From assembly GCF_006345805.1 (NCBI RefSeq), contig NC_043009.1:62062001-62126000 (forward strand): a stretch of 64,000 nucleotides of DNA. The letters run 5' to 3'. Position numbers and translations under genes: made by a program. Shown piece after piece: positions 13,418 to 26,300 of this stretch (the first letter of the stretch is position 1; each line of letters starts with the position of its first letter). Below the pieces are notes generated by a model. That model ran no database searches. It saw only the letters and a list, made by a program, of their open reading frames with translations, and had not been told where the DNA came from. This stretch comes from Octopus sinensis. Taxonomy: Eukaryota.

Positions 13418-14924
13418 CTGTAGAGCCAGTGCGTGTGTTTGTATGCACACGTTCAAATTCATGAATTAACCGCAGCCGCCTCCGCTACTACCACCACGAT
13501 ACAGAATTCATTCAGTTTTTTCCCCCATGCTCTCACTCTCTCTCTCTCTCTATCTCATACACACTCTCTCGCACTGTTCCTTCTCATATCTCCGTCTATC
13601 TCACACTCTTTTTTTTTTCATACATCCACTCACATCGCTCTCTCACCTCTCTCATGCACACACTCTTTCTTATATCTTCTCCTTCTCTTCTTTTTGTTCA
13701 TGATTTGTTGACTTTACTGCTGTTGTTGTTGTTGTTTAACACACAATAATTAAAGGTATTCCAGTCGTGACCAGCCACCTCTGTATCTAGGACTATGTTA
13801 TACCATAATATGCCCTTCCTCTCCCTAAGAATGTAATTAGGGGGTGCTATTTCTAACAAGTCAAGCGACCACGAACTCACCCCAGTTGATGAATAAGTGA
13901 CAGCAACCAACACCAACAACACCGTCTCATCCTGCTAGAAATAGCAGCCAAATCACAACTTTGTCTGAATGAAAAAGGCGGGTGGACTTTTGATCATATA
14001 GAAGTCCCTCTGCTCAATCAATACCACAACTTACCTGCACAGTCGTATCCCCAACTGGTTTTATTTCCTCATAACTTTCAGCAAAATGGATAAGTTTTAA
14101 TGAAATTTTCAACAAATATCTTTCAGATTTAGTAGATTACCATTATAAGAGAATTTATTGTGAAATATATATATTTTTTTACAGAGAACGAGGAGATGAG
14201 TTTCAGATAATTCACCAGTCGACTTTGTTCCCTCATAACTTTCAGAAAAATGGATATTTTTCAATGAAATTTTCAACAAATACCTTTCAGATGGTTTAGA
14301 TTTGATTTTTTTTAAAGATGGTTTATCTGAATTTAACGTGAAAAAAAAATGGAATTGGTGGGTGTGCAAATGTAAGTTCGTAAGAGCATCAGCGGTTGAC
14401 ACTATTTTCACATATAGGGGACACGTACGCACACACATGCACACAAACACCAGACGCACGCACAACACACACACGCAAACACACACACACTCTGACGCAC
14501 GCACAGCACACAAACACATACACACACACACTCACACACAGATGCATGCACATACACACATGCACACTCACACGCACGCACTGACAGACACACAAACACA
14601 CACACATTGACGCACGCACAACACACAAACACATACACACAGGCGCGCACACGCATGCACACAAACAACACATACACACAGAGACGCACGCACAGACACA
14701 CACACACACACACACACACATAGATGCACGCACATACACAAATGCACGTTCACAAACGCACATTTAATTATGTTGTCCAACTAGAAGAGCAACAATAAAC
14801 ATTGCATATGTCATCATCACCATCGTCATCACCACCATCATCACCACTATCATCATCTCCATGATAAGATAACTAAGAAAATTGGTCCGTTGATGTTGGA
14901 TCGTCCGTCGTTCGGCCGACTTAC

Positions 14925-14935
14925 CTGCACGCCAT
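14925..14935 (-). CDS. Candidate first coding segment ATG GCG TGC AG| of the small minus-strand gene
   Basis: ATGGCG start followed by a perfect CAG|GTAAGT donor, next to the divergent promoter at ~15.3 kb. Phase 2 fits either a 40-nt exon at 14074-14035 or an acceptor at 13414-13413. Confidence 0.3.
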
Positions 14936-14977
14936 AAGGACTTGCTCGATAAGACCTACCTTGTGGGGCTTACACAA

Positions 14978-15210
14978 CAGCATCATCATCGTCATCATCA
15001 TCATCATTACCATTGTCATCATTGTCATCATCATCGTTATCGTCGTCGTCGTCGTCATCATCATCATCATCATCATCGTCATCATCATCGTCATCGTCGT
15101 CATCATCACCATCCCCACCACCAATATCATTATTAGCATCTTCGTCATCGTCGTCGTCACCACCACCATCGTCATGATCGAATCATCATCATCATCACCA
15201 TCACCATCAA
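14978..15210. repeat. Imperfect (CAT/CGT)n trinucleotide microsatellite
   Basis: Direct reading; it generates the spurious poly-H, poly-I and poly-M ORFs. Confidence 0.95.
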
Positions 15211-15336
15211 CAGCAACAGCAACGAAAGTCACAAAAGGTTTGACAAGACAGGTGAGAGAAAATCGTGCAGCACAGCGAGTGTTCGGTTAGCACTCAGTAT
15301 TTTACCTGGGTGGGGGATTGAGAGCAGTAAAAAGCC

Positions 15337-15347
15337 CCCATGGTAAC
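15337..15347 (+). promoter_or_regulatory. RFX X-box-like half site (CCCATGGTAAC) in a GC-richer bidirectional promoter region
   Basis: Right half ATGGTAAC fits the X-box; left half is degenerate. GGTTAGCAC occurs twice nearby and there is a GGCGGG box. Confidence 0.3.
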
Positions 15348-15372
15348 AACAGGCGGGTGGTTAGCACGCAAA

Positions 15373-15521
15373 ATGTTGCCCCACAATCGTCTAGAAGAAG
15401 TCGGGTTCGAACGACAGAAGAGTTGGGTAGGTTTTACCCGTCGTTTAACGAAATCTAACAATATCAACAATTGTGGTTTCTCGTCTGATTCAACATGGAG
15501 CCAAAGTGATTTTCCTCAACG
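15373..15521 (+). CDS. Uncharacterised gene X, exon 1 (MLPHNRLEEVGFERQKSWVGF...DFPQR)
   Basis: ATG at 15373 (in-frame upstream ATG at 15340); perfect ACG|GTAAGT donor in phase 2, matching the next exon. Confidence 0.6.
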
Positions 15522-15782
15522 GTAAGTGGACAAAATGTTTGTGTTTGTGTGTGTGTGTGTGTGTAAAGCGCGAAACTGTTAGGAGATTCTGGACATCGAC
15601 TGAAGAAGATATCGGCTGCGAATGGTCCGTGTATCTCGTCCAGTTTCCCTTTTATGTTATCGTCTAGTTTTCTGTGTGTTTTTTTCGTTGGATTTATGCT
15701 TGCCTTGTTCTTACCTTGTTGTGTTCTTCCTTTTCAACCCTTGATTTATATATATATATATATATACATGTATGTATATATA

Positions 15783-15813
<31 letters not shown>

Positions 15814-15882
15814 GTGTGTGTGTATGCGGTATAATTGTCATTATTATCTGTATCTGAGTATATATATATATATATATATAAT

Positions 15883-15929
<47 letters not shown>

Positions 15930-16761
15930 TATATATATATATATACTTACCTTACCTATCTATCTATCTATCTATCTATCTATCCATCTATCTATCTGTG
16001 TGTATGCGTCTGTGTATCTGTCTGTCTATGTATGTATGTATGTTTGTATGTATGTATGTGTCTTGGGTGTCACTTACGTAGCCCGGAAGGAGAGGGATCG
16101 AAAGATTCGAACCGTCTCCGGTTACCTGTATATGGTTTTTCAAAAATATGTCTGCCTGAGTATATGTATGTTTTTGCAGATAGTTTTCGCAATCATTGGA
16201 CCCCCCCCCCAAATCCCATCCATTCTATTGCGTAGCATTTAAAGCACTTTTTTTTCCATATGGGGTCGAATCAAGGCTATGTGAGTGAAATTGTATGGGG
16301 GTAACTTAGGGAAACTGATCAGAGAAATTCTATACGTATTGCAAAGGTCCAGGCTTGCCACACTATGTCATGTTGCATGTGTTTGAGATATACGTTAAGG
16401 ATCCAAGTATATGTGGAATATTCGGCCACTTACAAGATAATTTAATAGGTGCGAAGTTCAGTCGATCGAACAGCTGGAATACTCATCGTCGAAACAGACG
16501 GAAATCCATTTATTTTTCTACTCTGTATATATGTGAGGAAAATATTTTGACTGAATATCTGTCCGAGTTGGATGTTTTTATATTTAAAAATGAAAGAGAA
16601 GAGAAGAGAGAGAAAGAATAGGTTTGTTACATGTTGTTACATGTCGTCTGCCTTTGTCTGTGTGTGTAAGTGCTTTTGTTTTATTACAGCAGGTTGATAA
16701 TAGGAATAAAAAAAAGTGCTTGCGCACACACATACTCACAGGCACACACGCACGCACGTAT

Positions 16762-16795
<34 letters not shown>

Positions 16796-16881
16796 GCGTT
16801 ACTTTTTTTTTATCTATAGATCAACACTGACAGCAATGACCTGGTTTTGCATAATGGATATATATATATATATCATATATA

Positions 16882-16947
<66 letters not shown>

Positions 16948-16948
16948 C

Positions 16949-16988
<40 letters not shown>

Positions 16989-17121
16989 ATACATATATAT
17001 ATATCCATACATATATATATATCCATACATATATATATATATCCATACATATATATATATATCCATACATATATATATATATCCATACATATATATATAT
17101 ATATCCATACATATATATATC

Positions 17122-17166
<45 letters not shown>

Positions 17167-17365
17167 ATATATATATATATATATTATATATATATATATA
17201 TCCATACATATATATATATATATTATATATATATATTATATATATTATATATATATATACGCATGTATGTACATATGTATGTGTATGTATATATTATATT
17301 GTACCAGAAAGGGAGGAATTTCGATTATCCCTATGTGGTGAATTGTTTTGCAAAAAATAAATATT

Positions 17366-18414
17366 CAGAAGTTGGACAAAATAATGGAAACACCTTAAAA
17401 TTTCAAACAAATTTATTTTAATATGGGGTAGGACCGCCTTTGGCAGTAATTACAGCTTGAATTCTATGAGGTATGGAATTTTGTCCATTCTTCAGCTAAA
17501 ACAATCTCCAGTTCTTGTAGTGATGATGGTGGAGGATAGTGACTCCTTGTTTTTCTAATATGCACCATAAATATTCAATAATATTGAGATCTGGGGACTG
17601 TGGTAACCAGAAAAGATGTTCAACTTCACTAGAATGTTCCCTGTGCTATTAGTTGTGTGAATTGGTGCATTATCATCCTAAAAGATTGTGTTTCCCTCCA
17701 GAAATAGTTCTGCAACTATACAATGAATTTGATCAGACAAAATGCTTAAATAGTCCTGATTATTAATTCTGCCATGAAGGGAAACCATTGGGCTCTAGGG
17801 GCCAATTCTGTAGATTTTTACTCCATTCTAAATGCTTTGCAACGTTTGTTTTTGAAAGTAGTGGTTTTCTGATTGCAACCCTCCAGTGAAATCTGGCTTT
17901 GTGCAGCTCCTGGCAAACAGTTTTTGTGGAAACTGGGTTCTTAAGGTGGTCATTAAGCTCTGCAGTAATTATGGGAGCTGTACTTTTGTGATCCTTTCTA
18001 ATAATTCACCTGATAGTTTGACGGTCCCTATCTGAAAGTTTTGGGTTTCTTCCGGAGTTTTGTTTCGATGAGGAGGTTTTTCCCTCTTTCTCAAAGGCTG
18101 TTATTACTTTTGAGACAGTACTTCTTGATACACCAAACATTTTGGCTGTTTTTGTATGCTAGCACCTGCCATAAGAGCACCAACAAGTTGACTTCTTTTG
18201 AAAGTCTGATAGATCTGTCATTTTAATGAATTTTAATTACCTTTTTCTGATGATATCTGAAAAGAAACAGCAATTTTAGCAAAAAAATTTTAAGCAACAC
18301 TAATAATAAACCAAGAAACATAAAAATAAACAAGCTTTTGACGGTTTCATAGATATTTCAAAATTATGATGCTATGATTCTAGGTGTTTCCATTATTTTG
18401 ACGTCCAACCCCTG
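17366..18414 (-). mobile_element. Decayed, internally deleted Tc1/mariner element
   Basis: TIRs CAG..GTTGGACAAAATAATGGAAACACC (17366-17394) and its complement (18383-18414), with TA at the right end. Minus-strand remnants AKMFGVSRSTVSKV, SGRKPKLSDRD, ITAELNDHL, AIRKPLLS, DDNAPIH. Confidence 0.88.
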
Positions 18415-18484
18415 TATATAAAATAAAAGAAAGAAAATGCACACACTTTATGTAGTTTTGATATAATTTTGAATATATTTTATA

Positions 18485-18800
18485 TTGTGTTTGTCGACCG
18501 GTTTCACTTTCGCTAATCATGCGAACCTGATAATGAGTTATTTTGAATTCACCTTATATGAAGTGTCACTGCAAAAATATGGTTATCCATTTCACCATTA
18601 TATTAGAGAAAACTTGAAAAGATACCTGGATGACTATTATAGAGAGAATTACTTGGGACCTTCGCCTCCAAGACCTCAGAACAACACTAACTGAAAGACA
18701 ATATCCACCCTCACTTATAGACGATGGAATTAAGTGCGCCAAAAAACTAGACATAAAAACACTAAGGACAACAAAACATAACACCACACCTCATCTTAAC
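18485..18800 (+). mobile_element. Penelope-like element RT fragment
   Basis: FANHANLIMSYFE...RYLDD and RLQDLRTTLTERQYPPSLIDDGIKCAKK, typical PLE RT and post-RT motifs, disrupted. Confidence 0.7.
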
Positions 18801-18999
18801 CCTAGAAACAAGCTGTGGCCAGACACTAAGAAAAAAAAAAACTCAAAGATAATTCTGAAAATGAATAATATATTATTCATTTTCATAACCATTCATATAC
18901 TCATAACCATTAGTTTGACAAATTTGGTAAAAAAAAAATGTTGGACTAACGATTATGGTTTAAATATTTATCACCAAGTGTACAAACATAGATATTGGC

Positions 19000-19400
19000 A
19001 GGAGGTTGTGCTAATGTATGACAGCCTTTTGTTTGGTTTTTGGTGGGGCCCTCATGAACAGGTACTGAGGTGCAATGTAACATGTAAAAGTTAACAATGG
19101 TAAGGTTGGTTTCAATAGTATTCTTGTGCCCAAGGTAGCTAAGGGTGTGAATTAGGTCCTTCCTAAGCCCATTTAGGCTATACCCATTCGCACCTCTAGA
19201 GATGGCTAAAGCATCATCTCTGTATAGACCAAAAAGGACTGATGGCAACCTCTTTGTTAAGGTGTCCAGTATATACTATCCTTTGAGGTCACAGATATCA
19301 GTGCTGTCAAAGTTTCCCACTGCCACATCGAAAGAGCCTACCCGGTCAGTTTGTTGACCCAGGCCAAACCTTTATTGAACAGTAGCATTCTCCTAGCATG
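19000..19400 (-). mobile_element. Second Penelope-like RT fragment, opposite orientation, different family
   Basis: GLYRDDALAI...LRKDLIH...TIETNLTIVNF resembles the PLE RT YRDD domain. Confidence 0.7.
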
Positions 19401-19431
19401 CATAATTATGTCTATGTTTCTATTGCTAATC

Positions 19432-19680
19432 ATCATCATCATCGTTTAATGTCCGCTTTCCATGCTAGCAAGGGTTGGACGATTTTCACTGAGGGCTGGT
19501 GAACCAGACGGCCGCACCAGGCTCCAATCTTGATCTGGCAGAGTTTCTACAGCTGGATGCCCTTACTAACGCCAACCACTCCGAGAGTGTAGTGGGTGCT
19601 CTTTACGTGCCACCGGCACAGGGCCAGCCAGGTGGTACTGGCAATGACCTCGTTCGAATCGTTTTACACATGCCACCGGT
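19432..19680 (+). mobile_element. SINE/RTE-tail family C ((CAT)n-CGTTTAACGTCCGCTTTCCATGCTAGCATGGG...CTACAGCTGGATGCCCTTCC)
   Basis: Many copies, e.g. 20433-20770, 25632-25908, 42405-42610, 45470-45625, 47575-47760, 49165-49340, 53815-54056. Confidence 0.8.
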
Positions 19681-20996
19681 TAATGTTAACAAATTTCTAT
19701 TCATACAGATAGGCAGACAGATTGTTGCCTAGTATATTACTGGTTAAACTAAATAACTGGTCAGAATGTTACTGTGAGTGTGTGTGTGTTTATCTTTATT
19801 TTAATTATCAAGATCACTAACAGAACGATGAAATCGGTTATAAGCTGCATTTGCTGGTGATTAAAACTTGACATTAAGATTAATCTGGAATAAATCTTTC
19901 CTTTTGAACTAAAAGTTTTGTTGATTTCAGAATTGTTTATTTATAAAAAACAAACTTTTCAGGCAGAAAATGTGTGTGGAAGTCACAGAGGGTGTAATTA
20001 TAAATTAACTCTGATGATTTGATTTGAAAGTAATTGCTTCTAATGGGATATTTGTAACATGATGATTGCTATTGAAAGCATCGTTAAATTTCTTGCATCA
20101 TTGGAATTAATTAATAATCCAGCAGTGTGTTGTAATGAGCCAATGTGTTTTGGTGAATCGCCAGACATGCTCAGATGGAAAACCTTAGAGATGTACTTGC
20201 ATGCTTTATTGAATTATTAACCGAGATATTTTTTTGTTTGTCTGTGGCTCTTGTATCCCACTGCTTCACCCTGTATAGGTTTATCTGTGGTGGATGGCAA
20301 TTAACTGCAAACAATCTGTTGTTATGGAGCTGGTTGCTATCAAGTATAGAAACAACAGTTAATTGGCATACTGTCTTTGAATTTAGTTGCATTTAATAGC
20401 AAGTTTCCGGTTAATGCTGATTATTACTGATTCATCATCATCATCATTATCGTTTAACGTCTGCTTTCCATGCTAGCATGGGTTGGACGGTTCGACTGGT
20501 TGGATGATTTGAGGGCTGGCAAACTAGATGGCTGCAACAGGCTTCAATCTTGATCTGGCAGAGTTTCTACAGCTGGATGTCCTTCCTAATGCCAACCACT
20601 CTTTTATGTGGCACCGTCGCCAGTGCGTCTTATGCAGCATCAACACCAGAGTGTTTTATGTGGCACCAGTGTTCACACCAATGCATTTTCCATGGCACCT
20701 TGGTTTTAGGATCTCAGTTCTTTTAAGGTAGGCAGGTCTTCTTGAGTACAGTAAAGGGCCACATGTATATCTCAGTCCTATTATTTTATTCTTTTACTTG
20801 TTTCAGTCATTTGACTGCAGCCATGCTGGAGCACCACCACATTTTAGTCAAACAAATTGATCCAAGGACTTATTCTTTGTGAGCCTGGTACTTATTCTAT
20901 TGATATCTTTTGTTGAACTGCTAAGCTTTGGGGACATAAACACACCAACATCGGTTGTCAAGTGATGGTGGTAGGACAAACACAGACATACAAATA

Positions 20997-21030
<34 letters not shown>

Positions 21031-21050
21031 AGTAGTAGTAATAGTTGCAA

Positions 21051-21081
<31 letters not shown>

Positions 21082-21093
21082 TGCTGTAGTTGC

Positions 21094-21127
<34 letters not shown>

Positions 21128-21241
21128 ACATAGACAGAATGAAGATATAATGTTATATGCAAAAATCTCAAGACGGGGAGATGTGGAGTGACAACTTTAT
21201 CACCTGTTCTTTGAATAAAATGTTCTCCCCTGTCCTTCCAG

Positions 21242-21367
21242 AAACACATTATTGTCCAATATGAGAACCAAGTCAGCAGCATATTCCTGCTTCCAAGAGC
21301 AGCAAAGCTTTCATCTTGATGACATGACCCCATTTTCAAGAAGTAGCATTCTACGAACAGAGCCTTG
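21242..21367 (+). CDS. Gene X exon 2 (NTLLSNMRTKSAAYSCFQEQQSFHLDDMTPFSRSSILRTEP)
   Basis: ctcccctgtccttccag acceptor, TTG|GTGAGT donor, 126 nt, open in phase 2-2. Confidence 0.7.
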
Positions 21368-22307
21368 GTGAGTACCTTGTTTATTGAGCCATCGAAGAGG
21401 TAATAGTTACAGTTGGACCATGTTTCACTGATAAGGTTTAATAAGACTGAAACATACGAGGAGTCTGTCACAGTACTATTAAAGACCACAATATTTACTC
21501 TCTTACAATATTACATATTTAATTAATTTTCATTAATTTAAATTTTGGAGTTGTCTCCCTTGCTTCTTGTTTTACCAGTATTTCTCATTTAGGAAATTAT
21601 TGTTTTCATTACAAAGAGAGTAATTTCCTGATTTGCTACATCAAACAAGTTAGCATACACTTTACTGTTAAGTTAACATGCAGTAGGTGTCCCTGGTATC
21701 ATCATCGTTTTACATCAGCTTCCCATGCAGGCATGAGTTGGATAGGTTGTTGGCATGTATTTAAGGGGTACTGTTCACTTAGACCAGGGATGAGGAAACA
21801 CTTACCCGCAGGCGCAATTGTGCCTGCAGGCTGGTATACTTGTATGTGCAAAATATAGTAAATTTTTCAATTATAAAATTTATACAATACTCTTATGCCT
21901 ATTTGCGACCATGGATGTGGTTAGTAGACATCATATCATTTTGAAGTACAAACAATTTGGTTGCTAAAGCGTTGCCAAGTGACTAAGCAGATATTATTTG
22001 TCAGTCGTCTCTTACCTGCCTTAACCTTATTTTTTGACACACGTGCTTTTTGCTTTGTTTAAGTAGATTTAAGTAGTTATTCAATCCAACCCTTTAACAA
22101 AATCGATTGGACCCCAAGGACAGACTGTATCCAAATTGCTCCTGTGTCAAAATACCCTGATTTTGATGTAATTGTAATGAAAATGAAACATCACTTCTCC
22201 AAAACCTGAAGTGAGAAAGTCTTCAGAATAATCTTTTTGTTTCATAATGAGGATATTAATTTATTGTATTGCCTTTTATATTTATAATTTGTGTGTGTGT
22301 GTGAGTG

Positions 22308-22361
<54 letters not shown>

Positions 22362-24092
22362 TGAGGGAGAGATACAGAAGACCACATATATTATGACCTT
22401 CGTACCTCTTTTTGTTTACCACCACATCTATGCTCTGATCCTTTTTACTTGTGAGTATACCCTGGCACTTCATTATCTCTCTCCTGCTCTCTCTTACACT
22501 TTTGCTGTCTCCTACTCTCTCTCTCTTTTTTCCCTCACTCCTCCCTCTGGGTGTGTAGCCATGTACCTCTCTACAGCAGCAAACCTATTTCTGCCCTCAT
22601 TCTTGGTCATTCTCTTTCTCTCTCTCTCTCTCTCTCACTGGGTAATCATGTACCTCATCTATAGCAAGACACCTATTTATGCCTCCCTATTTCTCTGCTA
22701 CACTCTAACCTTTCATCATCTGATACTGGATCACCTCCTCCAGTGCCCCTTCCATTATAGCAAGGCACCTGTTTCTACCTCTGTGTTTCTTTGTCACCCT
22801 CTAACCTTTCATTCTCAAATGCCCCTGCCCCTCTCATAATTCCTTGTATTGTGAGTTACGTGGGGACCCTGCCAAGTACTGGTTCCACATAAAAAGCATC
22901 CAGTCCACACTGTAAAATGGTTGGCATTTGGAAAGGGCATCCACCTTGCCTGTGCTTGTGCCACGTAAAAACAAGCCAGTCCACTCTGCAGAGTGGTTGG
23001 TGTCAGGAAGGGTCATCGAGCTGTAAAACCCCTGCAAAAACAGACACAGTAGTATAGGGTAGTTTTTCTACCTAACCAGTTCCTACCCATCATAAAAGTG
23101 GTCTTTCTGTTCATGTGGGGTAGTCATATATCTACTCTATAGTAAGACACCTATACTTGGCCCTCCCTCTATTATACCTTAGCCTCTCGACTCCTGGTAT
23201 AAAATCTCACCTCTCTCTCAAAAGCTATTCCCCTACTTTGCCGAGGAGGTTTCTTCCTTTTTACTGTTCTTTTCTCATCTTACAAGTTACTTGGCAACCT
23301 CACTAGTGCCAATGGCACAAAAAAAAAAAATAAATAAAAAGCACCCAGTTCACCCTGTAAAGTAGCTGGCATTAGGAAAGGCATCTAATTATAGAAACCA
23401 TACCAAAACTGACACTAGTGCTTGTCACAGCTCTGCACCTTGCAAGACCCTGCCAAACCATCCAACCCATACCAGCATGGAAAACAGACGTTAAATTATG
23501 ATGATGATGATAATCAGTCGGAATCTGTGTCAGTTTCCAGTTCTTTTATTCTTATCGATACTGACCATGCTACTATTATTCTGACACAGTCCATCTAGGA
23601 TTACATTATCTTATGTATCCTGTTTTATTGTAACAAAACAAAAGTAGATTGTGATTAGGGACTAGATAGAATCTCTGTTGTTGGCTTGTGGTATTGCTGG
23701 TTGTTATTGCAGTGGTGGCAACAGATGGGGTGGTAGTGATGATGGTAGTAGTGTTGGTTGTTGGAGGGGTGGTGGTGATAGTTGCTGGAGTAGTGGTGGT
23801 CGTGGCTGGTGGTGAGCAGTGGCGGAGGTGGAAGTGATGTATGAGGTGGTGGCGGCTGTAATGTTGATGGTCATTGAAATATTGGTAGTGGTGGCAGTAG
23901 TTGTTATAGTGGTGGTGGTGTTGCTGCTGGTTGTTTTGGGGGGTGAATGGTGGTGGAAGTTGGGGTGGTGGTGGTAGTAATGGTAGTGGTTGGAGGTAAG
24001 TACTTTGGTGGTGGGGACACAATGGTTGAGATTGAGGAGGTGATGTCACATGGAAATACCTGTCCAGACACGTGTGCTCATGTGTGTATGCA

Positions 24093-24126
<34 letters not shown>

Positions 24127-24656
24127 CGTGTGTGTGTGTGTGTGTGCATGTGTTTATATCTACTTATGTGTGTATATATGCATAAATATATATGCATGTG
24201 TTTGTGTGTGTGTATTTGTGTGTGTATAAATGTATGAGAGCAGATGTGTCTATATAATGTGCTTATACATACTTGTGTATATGTGTGTATATATATATAT
24301 GTGTGTTTTGTATGCTTACATGTGTGTGTATGTGTGCTTATATCTGCTTATATGTGTATGTCTATCTGTGTGTGTATGTATGCATATACGTATATGTGTG
24401 TATTTGTGTGTGTATGAATGTATGAGAGCTGATGTGTTTGTATAATGTGTTTATGTGTTTAGTGTGTGTGTGTATGTATGTCTTTTATATGCTTACATGT
24501 GTGTGTGTCTATGTGTGTGTGTGTGTGTGCTTATATCTGCTTATATGTGTATGTATGCATATGTGTATCTGTGTGCACGTGTGTATGTATATGTGTTTAT
24601 GTGTATGTGTGTGTATGAGTGCTGCTATGCCCATATAATGTGCTTATATGTACCTG

Positions 24657-24687
<31 letters not shown>

Positions 24688-25169
24688 TGTGTGTGTGTGC
24701 ATGTATATCTGTTTGTGGTATAAATGTAGTGAGTTGACCTTTCTCTCTGTATATTGTTGTTAGGTCCCCAAGTCAAAGCTGACAGAGCAAACTTACACTC
24801 AAAGCCATTCCACCCATGACAACCCTGTAATTTTAAAAGTATCTACGACAACATTATCTCATGTGTCCTTTCCTTTTTTTCTAAAACAACCGGTTGCATG
24901 ATTTGAAGGAGATTTAGGTGTTATTTCTTGCAGGTTGGGCAACCACTTAGTGGTACACTAAGTTTCTACAGCTGAATGCCCTTCCTAACACCAACCACTC
25001 TGAGAGTGTAGCGGTGCTTTTTATGTGCCACGGGCACAGGAGCCAGTCAGGGGATACTGGCATTGGTCTCACACACACACACACATAGACACACCGTTTC
25101 TGTGTCATGTGACACTATGCATGTAGTGTGTGAGTTTTTGTGCATCTATGTCTTCCATTGAATATGTAT

Positions 25170-25473
25170 CTATATTACGTGATCACGTGACCGACCAGAC
25201 CATCAGATGTTACACATCGCTGGTCACAATGCGTTCGCATTGTTTTAGCCTTCGAATGATGCCACCCCACTAGCTAAGCGAGCAGGCCAACAGGAGAAAG
25301 AGTGAGAAAGAGTAGTGAAAGAGTACAGCAGGGATCACCACCCCCTGCCAGAGCCTCGTGGAGCTTCTAGGTGTTTTTCGCTCAATAAACACTCACAACG
25401 CCTGGTCTGGGAATCGAAACCGCGATCCTACGACCGCGAATCCGCTGCCCTAACCACTGGGCCATTGCGTCTC

Positions 25474-25477
<4 letters not shown>
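25170..25477 (-). mobile_element. tRNA-derived SINE family D
   Basis: A box TGGCCCAGTGG and B box GGTTTCGATTCC; homologous to 58964-59346 and 61437-61810. Confidence 0.85.
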
Positions 25478-25526
<49 letters not shown>

Positions 25527-25569
25527 GTATATATAATATATATATATAATATATATATATATATATAAG

Positions 25570-25601
<32 letters not shown>

Positions 25602-26015
25602 TGTGCTTGAGAAGACCTGTTGAGACAAGTAAAACCAATATCATAGCTGACTGGCTCTTGTACCAATGGCACGTAAAAAGCATCATCCGAACGTGTTCGT
25701 TACCAGGCCCGCCTTATTGGCTCCTGTGTCGGTGGCACATAAAAAGCACCCACTGCACTCTCAGAGTGGTTGGCATTAGGAAGGGCATCCAGCTGTAGAA
25801 ACTCTACCTGACCAGATTGGAGCCTGGTGCAGCTGCTGGCTCTCCAGAACTCAGTCAAACTGTCCAACCCGTGCCAGCATGGGAGACAGACGTTAATCGA
25901 TGATGACGATGTGTGTGTGTGTGTGTGTGTGTGTATACATATCAAAATGTGACCTAATGTGTACCGTTGGCGATTTTTTTTCCTCTGTCTTCCCTTGGAT
26001 CTTTCCTTCTCCTAT

Positions 26016-26050
26016 GTTTCCGACAAAGAGCTCCTCTCGAAACGTTAAAC
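26016..26050 (+). ncRNA. Degenerate minimal hammerhead-like motif in a PLE terminal repeat
   Basis: GTTT-CCGACAA-A-GAG(ctcct)CTC-GAAA-CG-TT-AAAC. Stems intact; core has U4C and G8A changes. Confidence 0.45.
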
Positions 26051-26136
26051 TCTCCTTCTTTCCTGAGCGTCCAATAATACTATATTTGTTCCACGTCCTC
26101 GCGTTGTTGTGTTTTTTTGTGCTTTCTAGTTTGGAT

Positions 26137-26168
<32 letters not shown>

Positions 26169-26300
26169 AGTTCAGTAAAATTTAGATTCAGTTGAATATG
26201 GTACTTAAGTTAAAGGCACCAGAATTTGGTATGGTATTATCCAGATAATTTGAAATGGGGTGATTACAATCAAAATAAGCAACAAGGATATCCAGAGGTA

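Noticed and set aside
20848-21489. 213-aa minus-strand ORF
   Set aside because: It is the antisense of gene X exon 2 plus (TAG)n/(TAT)n microsatellite and SINE sequence.
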